This document shows positions 24,001 through 27,000 of a DNA stretch of 38,688 nucleotides, one piece after another. The stretch covers positions 1 through 38,688 of the forward strand of contig JAGLUC010000345.1 of NCBI GenBank assembly GCA_023134955.1, written 5' to 3'. The notes under the pieces are model-generated. The model made no database searches, was not told the DNA's origin, and was given only the letters and a program-made list of their open reading frames with translations. The translations under genes were made by a program, and so were the position numbers. Positions within the stretch are counted from its first letter, which is position 1, and each line of letters begins with the position of its first letter. The DNA comes from Methylococcales bacterium (GTDB lineage Bacteria; Pseudomonadota; Gammaproteobacteria; Methylococcales; Methylomonadaceae).

Positions 24001-27000
24001 CTTGGGCGATCATGGTTATATTGACTATGTATCAATAGATGGTGATCTGAGTGATATTGATGTAATAGAAAGTACTTCTACCACCGTAGGCGGCGGCAGT
24101 GATGGCATCCGCAGTGGTTTTGGCAACGACATTATTCTAGGCGGACGCTTTGGCGACCAAATCAACAGCCTGGGTGGTGACAACCTCATCCTTGGTGATA
24201 GCGGTAGTATTACCGCCGCCAATACTGGTACAGCACAACTGGCAGGACAATCCATCACTCTAGGGTTAATTACCAGCACCGAATTTGATGACGGCGGTGC
24301 CGACACCATCACCACCGGTGCAGGTCAAGACATCGTATTGGGCGGAGATGAAGGCGATATTATAGCTACAGGTGATGGCAGTGATATTGTACACGGTGAT
24401 AACGCGCGTCTGGATTACACCAGTGGTAGTTCAATTACACTTGATTTAATTGAAACGCTTGCTAATGATATAGGCGGTGAGGACATCATTCGAGGTGAAG
24501 GTGCCGATGATATATTAATTGGTGGTACTTTAGCTGACCGCATTGATGGTGGTAGCGAAGAAGATCTGATTTTTGGCGATAATGTTAATCTGGATCGTAG
24601 CGCTACTTATGGTAATTTTACTAATCTACGATTCCAGACATTGACGGGCTCCGAAATTTACGGCAGTGGTTTAAATGTGAATGGTTTTGTTGAAGGAGAA
24701 GTGTTGATTAGTAATACTGCACAACTTGATCCACAGGGCATGTCTGCATTTTGGTCTGATTTCCAGATTACATTGCTTGACCATGATGATGCTAGTAATA
24801 CAAACAAGTTCGGTGACGATTATATTGCCGGTGGCGCTAATGATGACCAAATATTTGGTCAGTTGGGTAATGATGTAATTCAGGGTGATGGCACTATTGA
24901 CCTGAATGTATCAGCGGCTCGGTTAGCAGCAGATGGAACGCTTAGTCTGAGTGCCTCGGTGGAAGATTTTGATCATTTTGATGAGTCAAACTTGGTCTTC
25001 TCTGTTGAAGGTAATGATGGTGATGACTATATCGAAGGTAATGGCGGTGATGATGTTATTTTTGGTAACCTTGGTCAAGATGACATTATAGGTGGCAGCT
25101 CGACGTTATTTAGCCTTGATAGCCAAGGTCACCGTCCAGATGGAGCCGATTTGCTTTTTGGTGGTGCAGGTGTTGATGTTATTCGAAATAATTTGGGTGA
25201 TATTAGCCATGCTGTCGATTCCGACATGATTCTGGGTGATAATGGCAATATCTATCGACTAGTCACTGGCGGCACGAGTAATGCTTATCTTGGTTTTACT
25301 TATGATAACTATGGTGGAGAAAAAATCATTGTGCGTGCGGCAGAACTTATTGACTACACAGCAGGTGAAGCTCACCTGGATGTCAATGGACTGAGTTCGG
25401 ATATCGGTGCTGCAGATGAGATTCATGGTGAGTCGGGCGATGATTTTATTTATGGCATGGTCGGTAATGATGTTTTATTCGGTGACGGCCAGGATGATGA
25501 CCTAATCGGTGGCTATGGCCATGACTGGATATCAGGTGGTACTGGCGATGATGGCATACTTGGTGATGATGGTTTGATTTATACCAGTAGAAATGGTGTA
25601 ACAGGAGAGTCTTTATATGGTATAGGCGCTGTTGTAGAACAAACAATCAGTACACCAGGAGATTTTCAGCAAGCTACTATTAATGTTTTAGGCGAGCTTA
25701 AAAAGACTGTTAATTTAACACCTTTTAATGTTGACCTAAATACAGCACTTCAAGACCACTTATATGATGCTCAGTTTGCTGATGACATAATCTATGGCGG
25801 CTGGGGAAATGATTTTTTACATGGTGGTTCTGGTGATGACGCTATTTCCGGAGCAGAAGCATTAAATAGTTTCTACTCTGTACCGAGTAATTTAGGTGAT
25901 GAACTAGGCTATAACAGTTTAATAGTGGGGGAATTTGTCGCTTATGACGAATTTAACCCATTACTTAAAATTAATAACTTCTTCCTTAATTTTAATGCTG
26001 GTGAAGGTGAGGTAGTGCTTGGGGAAGCAGTCCTAACTGATGGTAATGACCGGATATTCGGTGACCTGGGTAACGACTGGCTAGTCGGGGGAACAGGAAG
26101 AGATCATCTATATGGAGGTTATGGTGATGACCTACTCAATGCCGATGATAATCTTGACAGCAATGGCGGTCTCAATGATGTTCCAGATGGCCCTCAAGCC
26201 TCTTACGAGGATTTGGCATTTGGTGGCGCTGGTCGCGATATATTAATAGCCAATACAGGTGGCGACCGCTTGATAGATTGGGCAGGGGAATTTAACAGCT
26301 TTGTTGTACCTTTTGCACCCTTTGGTTTAGGGACAGTCAGCCGGGCTTTGCAACCACAAATTGCAGACTACCTCTATGATTTATCAGCAAGTGATGGTGC
26401 GGATTCGACTCGTGCTGCTGATACTGGTACAAATATTGCCAGAAATGGGGAGCCAGATGGTGAGCTAGGTCTCGTTACACAGCAAGATACTGATTGGCAA
26501 GATCAGACTGGAGCACCTGCTGATCCACAACCTGGTAATGTGGCAGGCGGTGCGCGTGACGTATTGCGAAGTGCTACTTCAAATCTATTGGCACAAGAAG
26601 CGGCCATAATAATATCTGCAGAAGAGTTAAGTCAGATACAATTAACAGAGATTGTTAATACGGCTAAATCATCTTGGCAAGAATCAAGATTATTAAATCA
26701 AGCATCACTTTCCAAATTAGATAAAGTGGAGATAAGAATTGCTGATCTAAATGGTTTGAAACTAGGTCATACAGCGGGTAATAGCATCTATATAGATATT
26801 AATGCAGCGGGTCACGGCTGGTTTATAGATACCACGCCAGATATTAACGAGGAATACCAACGCAATGGCGAAGAATATAGCCTGACAGCACTAAATAATA
26901 CTGCGGCTAGTGATAATATGGATTTACTCACAGTAGTTAAACATGAGTTAGGACATATTTTGGGCTATGCACATGATAGTAATGGTGGTTTAATGGAAGA

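Noticed and set aside
16-25646. About 45 minus-strand and out-of-frame plus-strand ORFs of 60-319 aa lie inside 11..27418 (for example 19639..20598 -, 3844..4491 -, 2752..3357 -, 12952..13467 -, 1551..1742 +, 7332..7619 +).
   Set aside because: All are fully embedded in the 27.4 kb ORF. Their translations are low-complexity Ser/Pro/Ala/Val/Thr strings, typical of the antisense frames of a GNN/ANN-rich repeat gene. None shows start-site context or a recognisable motif. They are shadow ORFs.
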